Shown here: positions 45,481-55,297 of the stretch, piece after piece | Layout: each line of letters starts with the position of its first letter | How positions within the stretch are numbered: position 1 is the first letter of the stretch | Assembly: GCA_963716475.1 (NCBI GenBank) | Contig: OY970314.1 | Coordinates: forward strand, 854,508-918,507 | Source: Candidatus Woesebacteria bacterium | GTDB lineage: Bacteria; Patescibacteriota; Microgenomatia; UBA8517 | Reading direction: 5' to 3' | Length of the DNA: 64,000 bases | Translations under genes and position numbers: made by a program | The notes under the pieces: generated by a model | What the model was told of the DNA's origin: nothing | Databases searched by the model: none | The model's input: only the letters and a program-made list of their open reading frames with translations

Positions 45481-46124
45481 TGGACGAAAAAAGTAAATAT
45501 GCCGGTAGGCAGTGCGTAAAAAACATCGCTTTTTTTGGTGACGCTGATATTTCGGAAACGGACGAAACCTATAAGGCCGCTTTTGACGTAGCTGAAGCTT
45601 TGGCAAAATCTGGTTACGTAATTGTAGATGGAGGAGGCCCCGGGGTAATGGAGGCTGCAACGAGCGGGGCAGAAAAAGGCGGAGGGAAAACAATAAGTGT
45701 TACTTTTGATCCGGTAAACGCTCCCGGGTATGAGGGGAAATACATTGGCAATGTTACCGATACGGAGGTTGTCACAACCAATTATCTCGACAGAATGTTT
45801 AAATTGATGGAATATGGAGACGTATTTATAATTTTTAAGGGGGGATCGGGCACAATTAGCGAATTCGGCGCTGCGTGGGTACTTGCCAAGCTTTACTACG
45901 GACATCATAAACCTTTTATTCTTTACGGGGATTTTTGGGCTGAAATTATTGATGTTTTCAGGCGTGATATGAATATAGACTCCAAAGAGTACAGTGTTTT
46001 TGAAATTTGTAGAAATAAAGAAGAAGTATTACGGACTATCCAAAAATTTGAATTAAAAATTGCCACTCGGGATCACACAAAGGATGCTGACGGGGATAAA
46101 TATGACAAAGCTTTCACCAAGTGA
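45480..46124 (+). CDS. LOG-family (TIGR00730) Rossmann-fold nucleotide-binding protein
   Basis: IVDGGGPGVMEA and FIIFKGGSGTISE motifs. Confidence 0.7.
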   Translation: MDEKSKYAGRQCVKNIAFFGDADISETDETYKAAFDVAEALAKSGYVIVDGGGPGVMEAATSGAEKGGGKTISVTFDPVNAPGYEGKYIGNVTDTEVVTTNYLDRMFKLMEYGDVFIIFKGGSGTISEFGAAWVLAKLYYGHHKPFILYGDFWAEIIDVFRRDMNIDSKEYSVFEICRNKEEVLRTIQKFELKIATRDHTKDADGDKYDKAFTK

Positions 46125-46881
46125 GCTTCAGGAAATTGCCAAAAAAGTCAGGCGCGACATGGTCGAAATGATCTATGAGGCAGGGAGCGGGCACCCGGGA
46201 GGATCTCTTAGTTCTGTGGAGATAATAGTTGCACTGTATTTTGGAATTTTAGGGGATAAAGACCGTTTTTTTCTATCCAATGGTCATGTTTGCCCGGCAC
46301 TTTATGCGGTTATGGCCGAAAAAGGGCTGATTGATAAAAATCTTTTATCAACCTACACCGAATTGGGTTCTCCCCTGCAGGGCCATCCCGAACGGACAAG
46401 ATTAAAGGGGATAGAAAACACTTCAGGGCCATTAGGGCTTGGTCTGGCCCAAGCGGCAGGTTATGCTGCGATCAAAAGGGACTCCTATATTTATTGCGAA
46501 ACGAGCGATGCGGAGCACGATGAAGGAAACCACTGGGAAGCGGTAATGTTTGCGGCAAAATATAAATTAAATAATTTAATTCAGATTATTGACAGAAACA
46601 GAATCCAAATAGAAGGAACCGTTGAAGAAATAATGCCTTTGGGGAATTTAATCGGCAGATACAAGTCCTTTAATTGGAATGTTCAGGAAATTGATGGCCA
46701 CAATTTTAACGAGATTTTTGAAGCAGTTGAAAGAGCCAAGAAAGAGTCCGAGAATCCTACCGTAATTGTTGCCAATACCCTTTTTGGCAGAGGCATAGGT
46801 TTTATGGAGAATAATCCCAATTGGCACGCAAAGGCACCAAATGAAGATGAATATAGAAAAGCAATGGAGGAACTTAAATGA
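46102..46881 (+). CDS. Transketolase, N-terminal subunit (split form)
   Basis: GSGHPGGSLSSVEIIVALYF TPP-binding motif. The start is trimmed to MTKLSPSEL. Confidence 0.85.
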   Translation: MTKLSPSELQEIAKKVRRDMVEMIYEAGSGHPGGSLSSVEIIVALYFGILGDKDRFFLSNGHVCPALYAVMAEKGLIDKNLLSTYTELGSPLQGHPERTRLKGIENTSGPLGLGLAQAAGYAAIKRDSYIYCETSDAEHDEGNHWEAVMFAAKYKLNNLIQIIDRNRIQIEGTVEEIMPLGNLIGRYKSFNWNVQEIDGHNFNEIFEAVERAKKESENPTVIVANTLFGRGIGFMENNPNWHAKAPNEDEYRKAMEELK

Positions 46882-47828
46882 TTATGAAATCGATCCGTGA
46901 CGGCTTTGGAGAAGCCTTGGTTGAACTTGGAAATACAAACCCTAACGTTGTCGTTTTGACGGCGGATCTGGCTGACTCAACCAGGGTAAAAGATTTCGCA
47001 GATAAATTCCCGGACAGATTTTTCCAGGTTGGTGTAGCTGAACAGGGGCTTGTTACGATTGCTGCCGGAATGGCAGAAGCCGGAAAAATTCCGTTCACGA
47101 CTTCATATGCAGTTTTCTCCCCGGGAAGAACCTGGGAACAGATAAAAGTTACGGCCGCTCTTAATAATGTTCCGGTAAAGATAATCGGAGCTCACGCGGG
47201 ATTTGGTGCATCTATGTACGGGGCGACACACGAATCACTTGAAGATATTGCCCTGACACGTGTGATTCCAAACATGGTTGTGGTTTCTCCGTGTGACTTC
47301 CTTGAGACTAAAAAGGCGACAATGACTATTGCCGAAAACGGAAAGCCGGCTTACTTAAGACTTGCCAGACAGGACTCTCCAATATTAACAAAAATCGATT
47401 CGAAATTTGAGATTGGGAAAGCAAATATCTTAACCGAGTCAAAAAACCCAAATGTAATGATCGTAGGCACAGGTCCGATATTGGCAGAAGCTATTGACGC
47501 TGCGAAAGGATTAGAAGAAATAGGGATAGAATCCGTGGTTGTAAATCTTCATACTATTAAACCGATTGATGAACAAACATTAATTCATTTTGCAAAAATA
47601 GCCGGAGCGGTAGTTACTGTCGAAGAGCATCAGATTATGGGGGGAATGGGGAGTGCGGTTGCCGAAGTTTTAGCCAGAAATTTTCCGGTTCCGATGGAAT
47701 TTATTGGGGTAAAAGATTCTTTTGGAGAATCGGCAAAGGATTATAATGAACTCTGGGAGAAGTTTGGAATGAAAAAGGAAAATATAATTGAGGCAGTAAA
47801 GAAAGTTATTGCAAGGAAGAATATTTAG
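46878..47828 (+). CDS. Transketolase, C-terminal subunit (split form)
   Basis: 316-aa pyrimidine-binding and C-terminal domains. The 4-nt overlap with the N-terminal subunit gene is typical of split tkt. Confidence 0.85.
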   Translation: MIMKSIRDGFGEALVELGNTNPNVVVLTADLADSTRVKDFADKFPDRFFQVGVAEQGLVTIAAGMAEAGKIPFTTSYAVFSPGRTWEQIKVTAALNNVPVKIIGAHAGFGASMYGATHESLEDIALTRVIPNMVVVSPCDFLETKKATMTIAENGKPAYLRLARQDSPILTKIDSKFEIGKANILTESKNPNVMIVGTGPILAEAIDAAKGLEEIGIESVVVNLHTIKPIDEQTLIHFAKIAGAVVTVEEHQIMGGMGSAVAEVLARNFPVPMEFIGVKDSFGESAKDYNELWEKFGMKKENIIEAVKKVIARKNI

Positions 47829-47839
47829 GTGGAGGGGAG

Positions 47840-48106
47840 GTGAGAATAATGGGAAATTTAAAAGTACAGAAGAAAGACGGAAGCACGGAAGACTTTGATC
47901 GGGCTAAAGTCAAAAACGGGATTCTTAGCTCGGGTGCAACGGAAGAACAGGCGGAAAGTGTTGCCATGCAAATAGAAAACTGGGCTCCTACTGCCGCCTC
48001 AAACGGGGTTATTAAAGCTCTGGATATCAAAACAAAGCTTTTGGAGCTACTGGGTGGACTCAATCCTGAAGCAAAAGCAACTTTTGAGAATTACAAGAAG
48101 ATATAA
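47840..48106 (+). CDS. Stand-alone ATP-cone domain protein
   Basis: 88 aa. VQKKDGSTEDFDRAKVKNGILSSGATEEQAESVAMQIE fits the ATP-cone consensus (V.KRDG..E.FD..KI). Confidence 0.6.
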   Translation: MRIMGNLKVQKKDGSTEDFDRAKVKNGILSSGATEEQAESVAMQIENWAPTAASNGVIKALDIKTKLLELLGGLNPEAKATFENYKKI

Positions 48107-48191
48107 TCTATTCTCCTTAAGATATTAGGAAGTTGGAGAGTTTGTTGTTGTGGCGGGCGGTGCAAAAGTTAGAAATTCGGTCTTCAATCTA

Positions 48192-48884
48192 TTACGGGCA
48201 GGGGGCAAAGGCACAATCAGGGCCAGTTCTTCCTACGGATGAGCCATCGGGACAAAGTTTGGCCTCCAGGGTGCAGGAGGTATTGCCCGGAAACTTAACA
48301 GAGATTTCAAAAGTCTTTAAGTTTGCAGGATCCCCACTCGGGTTATCATTTTGCAGGATTAGAAATCCCGACACAGCAGCGGTTTTAAAAGTCAGAGTTG
48401 CCATAAAATCCACAGGGTTGCCGCTTTGCCAGCTCCCTGCGACTTTTTCTTTAGCCTGTGCTTGGACTATTAATTTTTGATTGGAATCCACGAGTTTTAT
48501 GGGAAATGCCCCTTCAAACATCCAGCCGGCGGGCACGGAACCCGTAACTTTCAGGGGACTGGTGATTACCATGTTTGCCGAAGGTGAAGAAACCGTGGGT
48601 AATTCAGGATTCGGAGTGGGGGAAACGTAGATAATCGGGGATGTGGTAGGTTGTGGCTCCCTAGAGGCAAGCATATTTTTTAACTGTTGGTTTTGATAAT
48701 AGAGGAAGATAACTACACCTAACGCGAAGATGATAAAAATAGCCATGGCAAGAATGGAGATCCAATGGTTATCCTTTTCGACTCGCTCTGCTGATTCAGA
48801 ACCTGCGGCCTCTGGAGTTTCAGATAGTGGGGTGGAAACGTTTGGTGCTTGGGGATCCATATAGAAATATTGTACACTAATCAA
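48192..48884 (-). CDS. Membrane-anchored protein with Ig-like (Gmad2-like) domain
   Basis: Single TM, a PT-rich linker, then GSVPAGWMFEGAFPIKLVDSNQKL. Confidence 0.3.
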   Translation of the reverse strand: MISVQYFYMDPQAPNVSTPLSETPEAAGSESAERVEKDNHWISILAMAIFIIFALGVVIFLYYQNQQLKNMLASREPQPTTSPIIYVSPTPNPELPTVSSPSANMVITSPLKVTGSVPAGWMFEGAFPIKLVDSNQKLIVQAQAKEKVAGSWQSGNPVDFMATLTFKTAAVSGFLILQNDNPSGDPANLKTFEISVKFPGNTSCTLEAKLCPDGSSVGRTGPDCAFAPCP

Positions 48885-48892
48885 GAACTGCC

Positions 48893-49855
48893 ATGGAAGA
48901 AATAATTAAAAAACTGCTTGCACCCGGAAAAGGACTTCTTGCTGCCGATGAAAGCACTCATACTATCGAGAAAAGATTTGCCGCTTTAGGTCTAACCTCA
49001 ACCCCTGAACTCAATAAAAAATACAGAGAAATGCTTTTTACAACGCCAGGGATTGAAGAGTTTCTGGGAGGCGTAATTTTATTTGATGAGTCCGTAAGAC
49101 AAAATTTGCATAAAATTCTTGAGGAAAAAGGAATTGTCCCCGGAATTAAGGTTGACGGAGGACTAGAACCCTTCAATGGAGGAGAAGAACAGATTACGAA
49201 CGGGTTGGAAGGACTTGGTGATCGGCTAAAAGAATATTCGACGCTCGGTCTTAAATTTACCAAGTGGAGAGCTGCCATTAAGATATCGGATATTTTTCCA
49301 ACGGATGCTTTTTTGGAGGAGGACCTGAACAGGATGATAGAGTTTGCAAAGATTTCGGTGGAATTTGGATTTGTGCCGATCGTTGAGCCCGAGATTTTGC
49401 TTGACGGCCATCACACCACCACCCGCTGCGCCCAAATTTCCGTAAAAGTCTGGCAGATACTTTTTGAAAAATTGAGTACCGCAGGTATAGATATAAAGAA
49501 TGTGATTCTAAAGACAAATATGGTTCTTCCCGGTAAAGACAGTGGAATTAAAGCTGCGCCACTGGAAGTTGCCGAAGCTACACTAAGGTCTTTGAAAGAA
49601 TCGGTTCCGGGAGAGATCGGTGGAATCGTTTTTCTTTCCGGAGGACAAACCCCTGATGAGGCCACAAATAATTTGAATGAAATTGTAAAAAGAAAGGCTG
49701 ATGCTCCCTGGCCGCTTTCATTTTCGTTTTCCAGAGCGCTTCAGGAAGAAGCAATGAAAGAGTGGTCCGGAAAAGACGAAAATGTTGGATCCGCTCAGGA
49801 AGTATTCTTAAATAGGTTAATGAAGGTTTCAAAAGCCCGAAAGGGAGAACTCTGA
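48893..49855 (+). CDS. fba: Fructose-bisphosphate aldolase, class I (eukaryotic-type)
   Basis: LAADESTHTIEKRFAALGL...GGVILFDESVRQ closely parallels class I FBA (LAADESTGSIAKR...ISGVILFHETLYQ). Confidence 0.7.
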   Translation: MEEIIKKLLAPGKGLLAADESTHTIEKRFAALGLTSTPELNKKYREMLFTTPGIEEFLGGVILFDESVRQNLHKILEEKGIVPGIKVDGGLEPFNGGEEQITNGLEGLGDRLKEYSTLGLKFTKWRAAIKISDIFPTDAFLEEDLNRMIEFAKISVEFGFVPIVEPEILLDGHHTTTRCAQISVKVWQILFEKLSTAGIDIKNVILKTNMVLPGKDSGIKAAPLEVAEATLRSLKESVPGEIGGIVFLSGGQTPDEATNNLNEIVKRKADAPWPLSFSFSRALQEEAMKEWSGKDENVGSAQEVFLNRLMKVSKARKGEL

Positions 49856-50854
49856 ATGGAAAACTTTGATTTACTTAGTATTGGAGATGCAACAATAGAT
49901 ACTTTTATGACCCCTCTCGAGACGGAGACTCTTTGTACTATTGACAGAAAACAGTGTCTTATCGCGTTTAAATATGGTGATAAAATCCCTGTTAAAAATT
50001 TAGAATTTTCAATTGGAGGAAATGCTGCCAATAATGCTGTGGGAACAAGAAGGTTGGGAATTGCCTCCGCAATAGTTTTAACCCTAGGCCAGGATAGTGT
50101 GGGAGAAATGATAGTCACCCGTTTGAAAAATGAGGGAGTTGACCCGACCTATATAGTTCAACAGCCGGGAACCACTTCCAATTATTCAACAATAATTAAT
50201 TATTCAGGGGAAAGGACCATTTTTGTTTATCATGCCCCCAGAAGCTATGAATTTCCCGTTCAACTTCCTCTAGCTCCTTGGATTTATCTCACTTCAATGG
50301 GAGAAAGTTTTAGGCCTTTTTACAATCACTTTATCGAGTGGCTGAAGAAAAACCCTTCGATTAAAATGGTGTTTAATCCGGGTAGTTGGCAGCTAAGAGC
50401 GGGGCTAACCGCAATACAGGAAGTAATGAACTTAACTTACTTGATCTATGTAAATAGGGAGGAGGCGGAAAAATTAACCAATTTTGGGCAGTCCTCCGGG
50501 CGCGAGAGGGATCTTTTAATTGCACTTAACAAGATCGGTCCTAAGGTCTGTGTGATAACCGACGGAGGGAGCGGGTCTTTTGCGTACGACAGCATTAACG
50601 GGAGATTTCTAAAGTCAGGAGTCCTTCCAGTAGACCCATATGAGAGGACAGGTGCAGGGGACGCCTTTGGGAGCGGGGCTCTTTCTGCCTTAATTCACGG
50701 GAAACCTCTCGATGAAGCTCTACTTTGGGGAACCTGCAATTCGGCTTCGGTAATCGGCTATACCGGGAGCCAAAAGGGACTTTTAAAACTTGATGAAATT
50801 GATTCCTGGCTGGCAAGATGTAAAAGCAGTGGGGTAAGTGTTGTACAATTTTAA
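49856..50854 (+). CDS. PfkB-family carbohydrate kinase
   Basis: Ribokinase-like fold with GAGDAFGSGAL. Confidence 0.75.
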   Translation: MENFDLLSIGDATIDTFMTPLETETLCTIDRKQCLIAFKYGDKIPVKNLEFSIGGNAANNAVGTRRLGIASAIVLTLGQDSVGEMIVTRLKNEGVDPTYIVQQPGTTSNYSTIINYSGERTIFVYHAPRSYEFPVQLPLAPWIYLTSMGESFRPFYNHFIEWLKKNPSIKMVFNPGSWQLRAGLTAIQEVMNLTYLIYVNREEAEKLTNFGQSSGRERDLLIALNKIGPKVCVITDGGSGSFAYDSINGRFLKSGVLPVDPYERTGAGDAFGSGALSALIHGKPLDEALLWGTCNSASVIGYTGSQKGLLKLDEIDSWLARCKSSGVSVVQF

Positions 50855-50923
50855 TTGAATAAGCAAAGCTTGGCTCTGAGCTAAAGCGAAGCTTGTGATA
50901 CGAGTGAGGAGACTAATAATATC

Positions 50924-51931
50924 ATGAAAATCTTTGTTACCAGAAAGATACCGGGGGACAGTTTGGAAAGGCTTAGGAACGATGGGCATGAAGTTAATGT
51001 CTCCGATCTCGATAGGCCTCTAACACCGGAAGAGCTTCTGGAAAAATCAAAAGGAGTGGACGCACTTCTTTCGCTTCTGACTGACCGTATCGACGCCGAT
51101 TTAATGGACGCGATCGGGCCGCAACTCAGGATAATAAGCAACTATGCTGTAGGCTTTGATAATGTTGACATTAAAGCCGCGGGAGATCGGGGGGTGATTG
51201 TGACTAACACCCCAAGCGATGAAGTGAACGAAGCCGTTGCGGAACATACTTGGGCTTTAATTCTTGCTCTGGCCAGAAGGGTTGTTGAATCCGATGAATT
51301 TGTCAGAAACCAGGGTTATTTTGCCGGCTCCGGTGGATATAGGGGTTGGGAGCCAGAACTATTTCTTGGCCCTTCTGTGAAGGGTAAAACCCTAGGAATA
51401 ATAGGCTTGGGTAGAATCGGTTCGATGGTTGCCAGGCGCGCTAAAGGGTATGAGCTCACGGTTCTTTATAATAAGCACGAGCCGGACCCTCAGGCGGAGA
51501 GTGAGCTCGGATTAAAATTTGTTACTCTTAACGATCTTTTGGCCGCGTCGGACTTTGTAACACTACACGTTCCTCTGACTGACCAAACCCGGGGAATGAT
51601 CAATAAAGACACTTTGGGCAAAATGAAGCAGGGGTCTTATTTGGTTAATACCGCAAGAGGTCCGATAGTTGATGAAGGCGATTTGATAGATTCCTTGGAG
51701 GGCGGTAGATTAGCAGGAGCAGCTTTGGATGTATTTGAAAGCGAACCGGATATTAACCCAAAGCTTATAGCAATGCCTAATGTTATTATGACTCCGCATA
51801 TTGCTTCGGCAACATTTGAAGCGAGGCAGAAAATGGGAGAACAGGCGGTAGATGCTATTCTTGATGTCGTGAACGGTACTAAACCCCAAAATATGGTTGA
51901 CGAAAAAATTTGGGATACCAGGAGAAAATAA
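50924..51931 (+). CDS. D-isomer-specific 2-hydroxyacid dehydrogenase (glyoxylate/hydroxypyruvate reductase-like)
   Basis: GIIGLGRIGSMVARRA NAD motif, and the catalytic R/E/H context (NTARG...MTPHIAS). Confidence 0.8.
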   Translation: MKIFVTRKIPGDSLERLRNDGHEVNVSDLDRPLTPEELLEKSKGVDALLSLLTDRIDADLMDAIGPQLRIISNYAVGFDNVDIKAAGDRGVIVTNTPSDEVNEAVAEHTWALILALARRVVESDEFVRNQGYFAGSGGYRGWEPELFLGPSVKGKTLGIIGLGRIGSMVARRAKGYELTVLYNKHEPDPQAESELGLKFVTLNDLLAASDFVTLHVPLTDQTRGMINKDTLGKMKQGSYLVNTARGPIVDEGDLIDSLEGGRLAGAALDVFESEPDINPKLIAMPNVIMTPHIASATFEARQKMGEQAVDAILDVVNGTKPQNMVDEKIWDTRRK

Positions 51932-51957
51932 ATACCTCTTTTACTGAAAATATAAAT

Positions 51958-52284
51958 ATGGCGCTTTTTGGAAGAAATAAAGACGAGGAGTATGAAGATG
52001 AAGACGAATTTGATGAGGAGGACGACAGGGGGAATAGAAGACTTACAAAAAAGTTCCGCGATCTAAATCCTAAAAACAAAAAAAAGAGAAAAGAACCTCC
52101 TAAGCCTTGGGGTAAAAGGGAAAGAATAATTGTTCTCGTTATTCTTCTTATAACCGTAATTATTTCGGCAATTCTTGCTATTGGAGCAGGAAGTAAACAT
52201 TCATTTCGATTTAGTTTGCCGAAGTTTGATATAAACTCTTTGAATATCTTTAAAGAAAAAACTATAATAGTCGGGAAGAACTAA
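51958..52284 (+). CDS. Hypothetical single-pass membrane protein with acidic then basic N-terminal tracts
   Basis: DEEYEDEDEFDEEDD, then KKFRDLNPKNKKKRKEPPKPWGKRER, then a TM. The start is trimmed to MALFGRNK. Confidence 0.35.
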   Translation: MALFGRNKDEEYEDEDEFDEEDDRGNRRLTKKFRDLNPKNKKKRKEPPKPWGKRERIIVLVILLITVIISAILAIGAGSKHSFRFSLPKFDINSLNIFKEKTIIVGKN

Positions 52285-52285
52285 C

Positions 52286-52951
52286 GTGAAGAAACTTTCA
52301 TCACCTTTTGACTTAATTAAAAAAGCAGTTGATATCTTTGTAAAAAAGGAAAATCTTCTTTTTCTGGTCAAAATTTACATACCGGTAGCGGTTTTTTCTG
52401 TAATATCCATTGCCCAGTCATTTTTACCCTCCTCAATTAAAGATTCAAACTCGATCTGGCTGACAGTCGTGGTAGGGATACTTCAAATACTTTCTCTTCT
52501 AACGGGCGTATTTGTTACCGTGTCGGGGATAATTGCCTTGGGGAAGATTGCGGACGGTGGTGAATTGTCACAGGAAAAGACTTACAAAGCTGCCTGGAAA
52601 AAATACTGGGTGTTACTACTTTTAGGAATTGTTCTTAGTTTTGCTTATTTAATCGGTTTTATACTCCTTATTATCCCGGGGATTCTCTTTGTCGTCTGGT
52701 TTGCCTTTAGCCGGTTTTTGGCGGTTGAAAGGGGCTTGGGCATTAAGGAGGCATTATTGAAAAGCAAGGAACTGGTAAAAGGAGCTTACTGGAAAATACT
52801 CGGAAGACTTATCGTTTTTGGTGCTTTTACAGCAATTGTCGAAGTGGTTTTAAGTGCACTCCCTTACGGTGTGGGGTCAATTTTGGCGAGTCTTGGCGGA
52901 GGACTTTTTATGCTTCCTTCGTATCTTCTATATAGGGAACTTAGCGCCTAA
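52286..52951 (+). CDS. Hypothetical polytopic membrane protein
   Basis: 221 aa, about 6 TM. Confidence 0.4.
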   Translation: MKKLSSPFDLIKKAVDIFVKKENLLFLVKIYIPVAVFSVISIAQSFLPSSIKDSNSIWLTVVVGILQILSLLTGVFVTVSGIIALGKIADGGELSQEKTYKAAWKKYWVLLLLGIVLSFAYLIGFILLIIPGILFVVWFAFSRFLAVERGLGIKEALLKSKELVKGAYWKILGRLIVFGAFTAIVEVVLSALPYGVGSILASLGGGLFMLPSYLLYRELSA

Positions 52952-55250
52952 GCTTTGTTGAAGCTCCATTTGGAAGGATCGGATTGGGATTTGAGATAGG
53001 TGACGGAGAAGGCACGGGTTGGCAATAATTTGGCAGAATATCTTCCTTCAGGAACCACTCACTCTTGCCCGGACAATTAATCTTTACTACTCCATCAGGC
53101 ACCTTCCAATCAATGGAGGGTTTATCGTTTAGGATCGCCGACATAATTTTATTCCAAATGGGGGAGGCCCCAGTCACCCCCGAGGCAATACGGCTCATGG
53201 GTGAGTTGTCGTTATTGCCGACCCATGTAACTACGAGATAATCCTGGTTATATCCGGCAGTCCAGTTATCCCTTAAATCATTACTGGTTCCAGTTTTAAC
53301 GGCGACTTCGGGGTGATTCTTAATAACCAGATAGGAATTAAACCCAAATTCCGGGGCGCGGGCGTTATTGTCTTTCAAGATATCAGTCAGAATAAAAGCA
53401 ACTCTGGGATCGATGGTTTCGGTAGTTACGGGAGTGTTTTTTTCCAAAACCCTGCCCTTATAGTCTTTTACCGACAGAATTGGAAGTAGGTCAGGGCGCT
53501 TGCCGTAATTTGCTACCGTCGAGTAAACTTTCGATAAATCGAGCGCTGTAACGGCACCTCCGCCAAGAGTTAGTGACAAGCCATAATTGGAAGGATCTGT
53601 CCAAGTCGTAATCCCCATTTTTTGTCCCTGATCGACCATTTTGGTAACACCATATGAAGCTAATACTTTGACTGCCGGTATATTGCGGCTTTGGGCTAGT
53701 GCACTTCTGAGGGGAATTGGCCCTCTATATTGACCGTCATAATTGACAGGCGTATACGGTGTTGTACCGGGAGTTACATATGTAATCGGAGAATCGTCAA
53801 TTATAGTCGCAGGAGTGTAACCATTTGCGAGAGCGTAAGCATAATTAACCACTTTAATGGATGAGCCGGGTTGCCTGACGCTTGTGGTTACATTAACGTT
53901 TCCGTCTTCCGCGATGTCAAAATAATTTTTTGATCCGACCATGGCTAGAATTTCGCCGGTCTGTGGGGCAACCACAAGGGCATCACCATTTCCCACATGT
54001 AGCCCTTGAAGTTTTGCGACTTCGGATTGGACAACCTGCTCGGCAGTTTCCTGTATGGGAAGGTCGAGACTTGTGGTGACTTCCAATCCTCCCTTTTCAA
54101 CCATATCCTCGCCGTATTTATCGACCAAAAGCTGTCTAACATACATGACAAAATGAGGGGCTTTTATAGCGGTTTTATTAGCTATAAAAGTTAATTTTTC
54201 GTTTGCTGCCGTTTTTTCCTGTTCGGCGGTGATAAATTTATTAATCTCCATTAGGTGTAATACTTCTTTCTGCCTTTCTATTGCAAGATCGGGACTTGAA
54301 CCGAATGGGGAATATGTAGTCGGACTTTTGGGTAGACCCGCAAGAAGTGCAGCTTCTGCCAAATCGAGGCTTTTCACATCTTTCCCAAAATATGATTCTG
54401 AGGCTTCCTGAATTCCATATGCGGTTCCTCCGTAACTTACTTCATTAAGATACATTTCCAAAATTTGGTCTTTGGTATAATTTGCCTCGACCTCAACGGA
54501 TAAAACCAATTCCTTGATCTTGCGGGTTATTGTTTTTTCCGGGGTAAGAAGGGTGTTTTTAACGAGCTGCTGAGTTATGGTGGAGCCGCCCTGGACGGAT
54601 CCTGTTTGCAGGTCTTGAATAAAGGCCCTGAAAATTCCCTTAATGGAAAATCCCGGGTGTGAATAAAATTCAGCATCCTCGGCGGCGAGGGTGGCTAGCC
54701 TGACATGTATCGGAATTTGTGTCAGGGGAACAATGCTTCGATTTTGGTCTTTATAGATTTTATATAGGAGATTGCCGTTTCTGTCGTAGATTTTGGTGGA
54801 AACTTCCGGTTGTCTCGCCTCAAGTTCTTTGGGGGAGGGAAGACCCTTGAAAATGGCAAAATAAGAATAAAAGATTAAGGAACCGACTACCAAAGTTATG
54901 ACAATTAGCCTAAAACCAACCTTAATTCGGAGTTCTTGTAAACGGGTGAGTTTTTTGAGGAAGAATTTTTTAAATTTAGATAAAATTTTCAGCTCAAATA
55001 GAGAGATTTTGAGTTTTTCAAGTTTTAATGACGGTTGAATTTTAGGCAGTCGGAGTTTGGGAAGAGTTATGGTCGGAAATTTTATTTTGGGAAGGCCAAA
55101 ATATTTATAGACAATCTTTGTTTTTTTTCGCTTTTTACTGGTTTGGCCGACCACATAGAGGAATAAAGTCACACCGAGGGTCAATCGGGACAGGATAAAA
55201 TAAATTGGCTTGCCGGTTAAGATCAATACACGCTTGATAGCTTTGATCAT
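52941..55250 (-). CDS. Class A penicillin-binding protein (PBP1A-type transglycosylase/transpeptidase)
   Basis: GT51 motifs EDAEFYSHPGF and GGSTITQQLVKN. Transpeptidase SxxK in RQPGSSIKV. 769 aa. Confidence 0.85.
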   Translation of the reverse strand: MIKAIKRVLILTGKPIYFILSRLTLGVTLFLYVVGQTSKKRKKTKIVYKYFGLPKIKFPTITLPKLRLPKIQPSLKLEKLKISLFELKILSKFKKFFLKKLTRLQELRIKVGFRLIVITLVVGSLIFYSYFAIFKGLPSPKELEARQPEVSTKIYDRNGNLLYKIYKDQNRSIVPLTQIPIHVRLATLAAEDAEFYSHPGFSIKGIFRAFIQDLQTGSVQGGSTITQQLVKNTLLTPEKTITRKIKELVLSVEVEANYTKDQILEMYLNEVSYGGTAYGIQEASESYFGKDVKSLDLAEAALLAGLPKSPTTYSPFGSSPDLAIERQKEVLHLMEINKFITAEQEKTAANEKLTFIANKTAIKAPHFVMYVRQLLVDKYGEDMVEKGGLEVTTSLDLPIQETAEQVVQSEVAKLQGLHVGNGDALVVAPQTGEILAMVGSKNYFDIAEDGNVNVTTSVRQPGSSIKVVNYAYALANGYTPATIIDDSPITYVTPGTTPYTPVNYDGQYRGPIPLRSALAQSRNIPAVKVLASYGVTKMVDQGQKMGITTWTDPSNYGLSLTLGGGAVTALDLSKVYSTVANYGKRPDLLPILSVKDYKGRVLEKNTPVTTETIDPRVAFILTDILKDNNARAPEFGFNSYLVIKNHPEVAVKTGTSNDLRDNWTAGYNQDYLVVTWVGNNDNSPMSRIASGVTGASPIWNKIMSAILNDKPSIDWKVPDGVVKINCPGKSEWFLKEDILPNYCQPVPSPSPISNPNPILPNGASTKLRR

Positions 55251-55297
55251 TTAGCTGCGAATTGTAGCAGTAAACCAGGGGGAAAGACAGCCTAAAG

